This document shows positions 63,419 through 64,000 of a DNA stretch of 64,000 nt, piece by piece (positions within the stretch are counted from its first letter, which is position 1; the number at the start of each line of letters is the position of its first letter). Origin of the DNA: Candidatus Woesebacteria bacterium (lineage in GTDB: Bacteria; Patescibacteriota; Microgenomatia; UBA8517); the NCBI GenBank assembly GCA_963716475.1, contig OY970314.1:138479-202478 (forward strand), written 5' to 3'. Under the pieces are notes generated by a model. The model had not been told where the DNA came from and did not search any database. It saw only the letters and a list, made by a program, of their open reading frames with translations. A program made the translations under genes and the position numbers.

Positions 63419-64000
63419 ATGGGAAATGCAATAACAAAACGCATTGCCATCACGATGGGAATGCCGGTCACCGTAGTTATTGACGGCAAGGAAAATGCAA
63501 AAACCAGAAACGATATTGAAAAGGTTTTTGATTATTTTCGTTCAATCGACGCGAAATATAGTCCTTTTAAGGACACAAGTGAGGTGGCAAAATTAAATAG
63601 GGGAGAAAAAGTATCAGATGAGATGCAGGAGATCCTTCGACTGGCTCAGGATTTGCATGAGCAAACAGGCGGATATTTTGATATACGAACACCTGTCGGT
63701 GTTAAAGACCATGACGGGAAAATTGATCCTTCAGGAATCGTAAAAGGTTGGGCTATAGCTCAGGCCGCAAAAATACTAAAAGACCTCGGTTACACCCGAT
63801 TTTATGTTGATGCGGGGGGAGATGCTGAAATTGTCGGAAGGGCGTGGAAGTGGGGAATAAGAAATCCGTTTAACGTTTCCGAAATTGTAAAGGTACTTAA
63901 GTTAAGTAATTGCGGAATTGCAACCTCCGGCACTTACGAAAGAGGGCAGCATATATATGATCCGGTAGGAGGCAAAAATGAGATTACCGATATTGTCAGT
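63419..64000 (+). CDS. apbE: FAD:protein FMN transferase ApbE; 3'-truncated and absent from the ORF track
   Basis: Manual translation: MGMPV, S.F...SEV..LN, GYFD, DPSGIVKGWA, DAGGD, GIRNP and ATSGTYERG.HI.DP. Confidence 0.9.
   Translation, partial: MGNAITKRIAITMGMPVTVVIDGKENAKTRNDIEKVFDYFRSIDAKYSPFKDTSEVAKLNRGEKVSDEMQEILRLAQDLHEQTGGYFDIRTPVGVKDHDGKIDPSGIVKGWAIAQAAKILKDLGYTRFYVDAGGDAEIVGRAWKWGIRNPFNVSEIVKVLKLSNCGIATSGTYERGQHIYDPVGGKNEITDIVS

Noticed and set aside
1-64000. Alternative genetic code (UGA recoding as in Gracilibacteria/Absconditabacteria)
   Set aside because: TGA terminates conserved genes at the expected positions (rplA, def, tsf, frr), and ORFs are full length under code 11.

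Overview
This is a 64 kb chromosomal segment of a small-genome bacterium using genetic code 11. Inference from gene content and protein style (short EF-Ts, no pyrH between tsf and frr, N-terminally extended uL1, tandem-domain ThyX, Pro/Thr-linker surface proteins) points to Patescibacteria/CPR, most likely Microgenomates (Woesebacteria-like). Gene blocks from left to right: (1) a heptose/GDP-sugar block; (2) an FNR-like reductase divergent from ArsR-iscS-iscU; (3) an orphan Cache sensor; (4) a 7TM / ATP-grasp-aspartic-protease / double-ATP-grasp operon; (5) a fragmented tRNA-rpmG-trnW-secE-nusG-rplKAJL cluster with accessory genes inserted; (6) queA, two more tRNAs (four in total) and a 6S-RNA candidate; (7) def-fmt and mreB-pbp2-dprA-topA; (8) a thyX-dNK-tmk-formiminotransferase-cyclodeaminase operon; (9) rpsB-tsf-frr-rseP-proS, dnaX-ybaB-recR and cysS; (10) a MarR-ABC exporter; (11) a two-component system with MacAB-like efflux genes and an FMN-binding protein plus ApbE. 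No rRNA, CRISPR array, integrase or transposase was seen. The most notable unannotated signals are diverged 'ghost' copies of gene 3' ends just downstream of rpmG, rplL, a tRNA-Thr and fchA; a direct-plus-inverted tRNA-derived leader before tRNA-Thr(UGU); a ~140 nt folded element in frame inside dnaX; a REP-like palindrome family; a shared 11 bp-period operator suggesting a two-component-system regulon that includes the flavinylation genes; a 38 bp palindromic bidirectional promoter; a possible CUG start for fmt; and pervasive leaderless promoters. All calls come from manual reading only.
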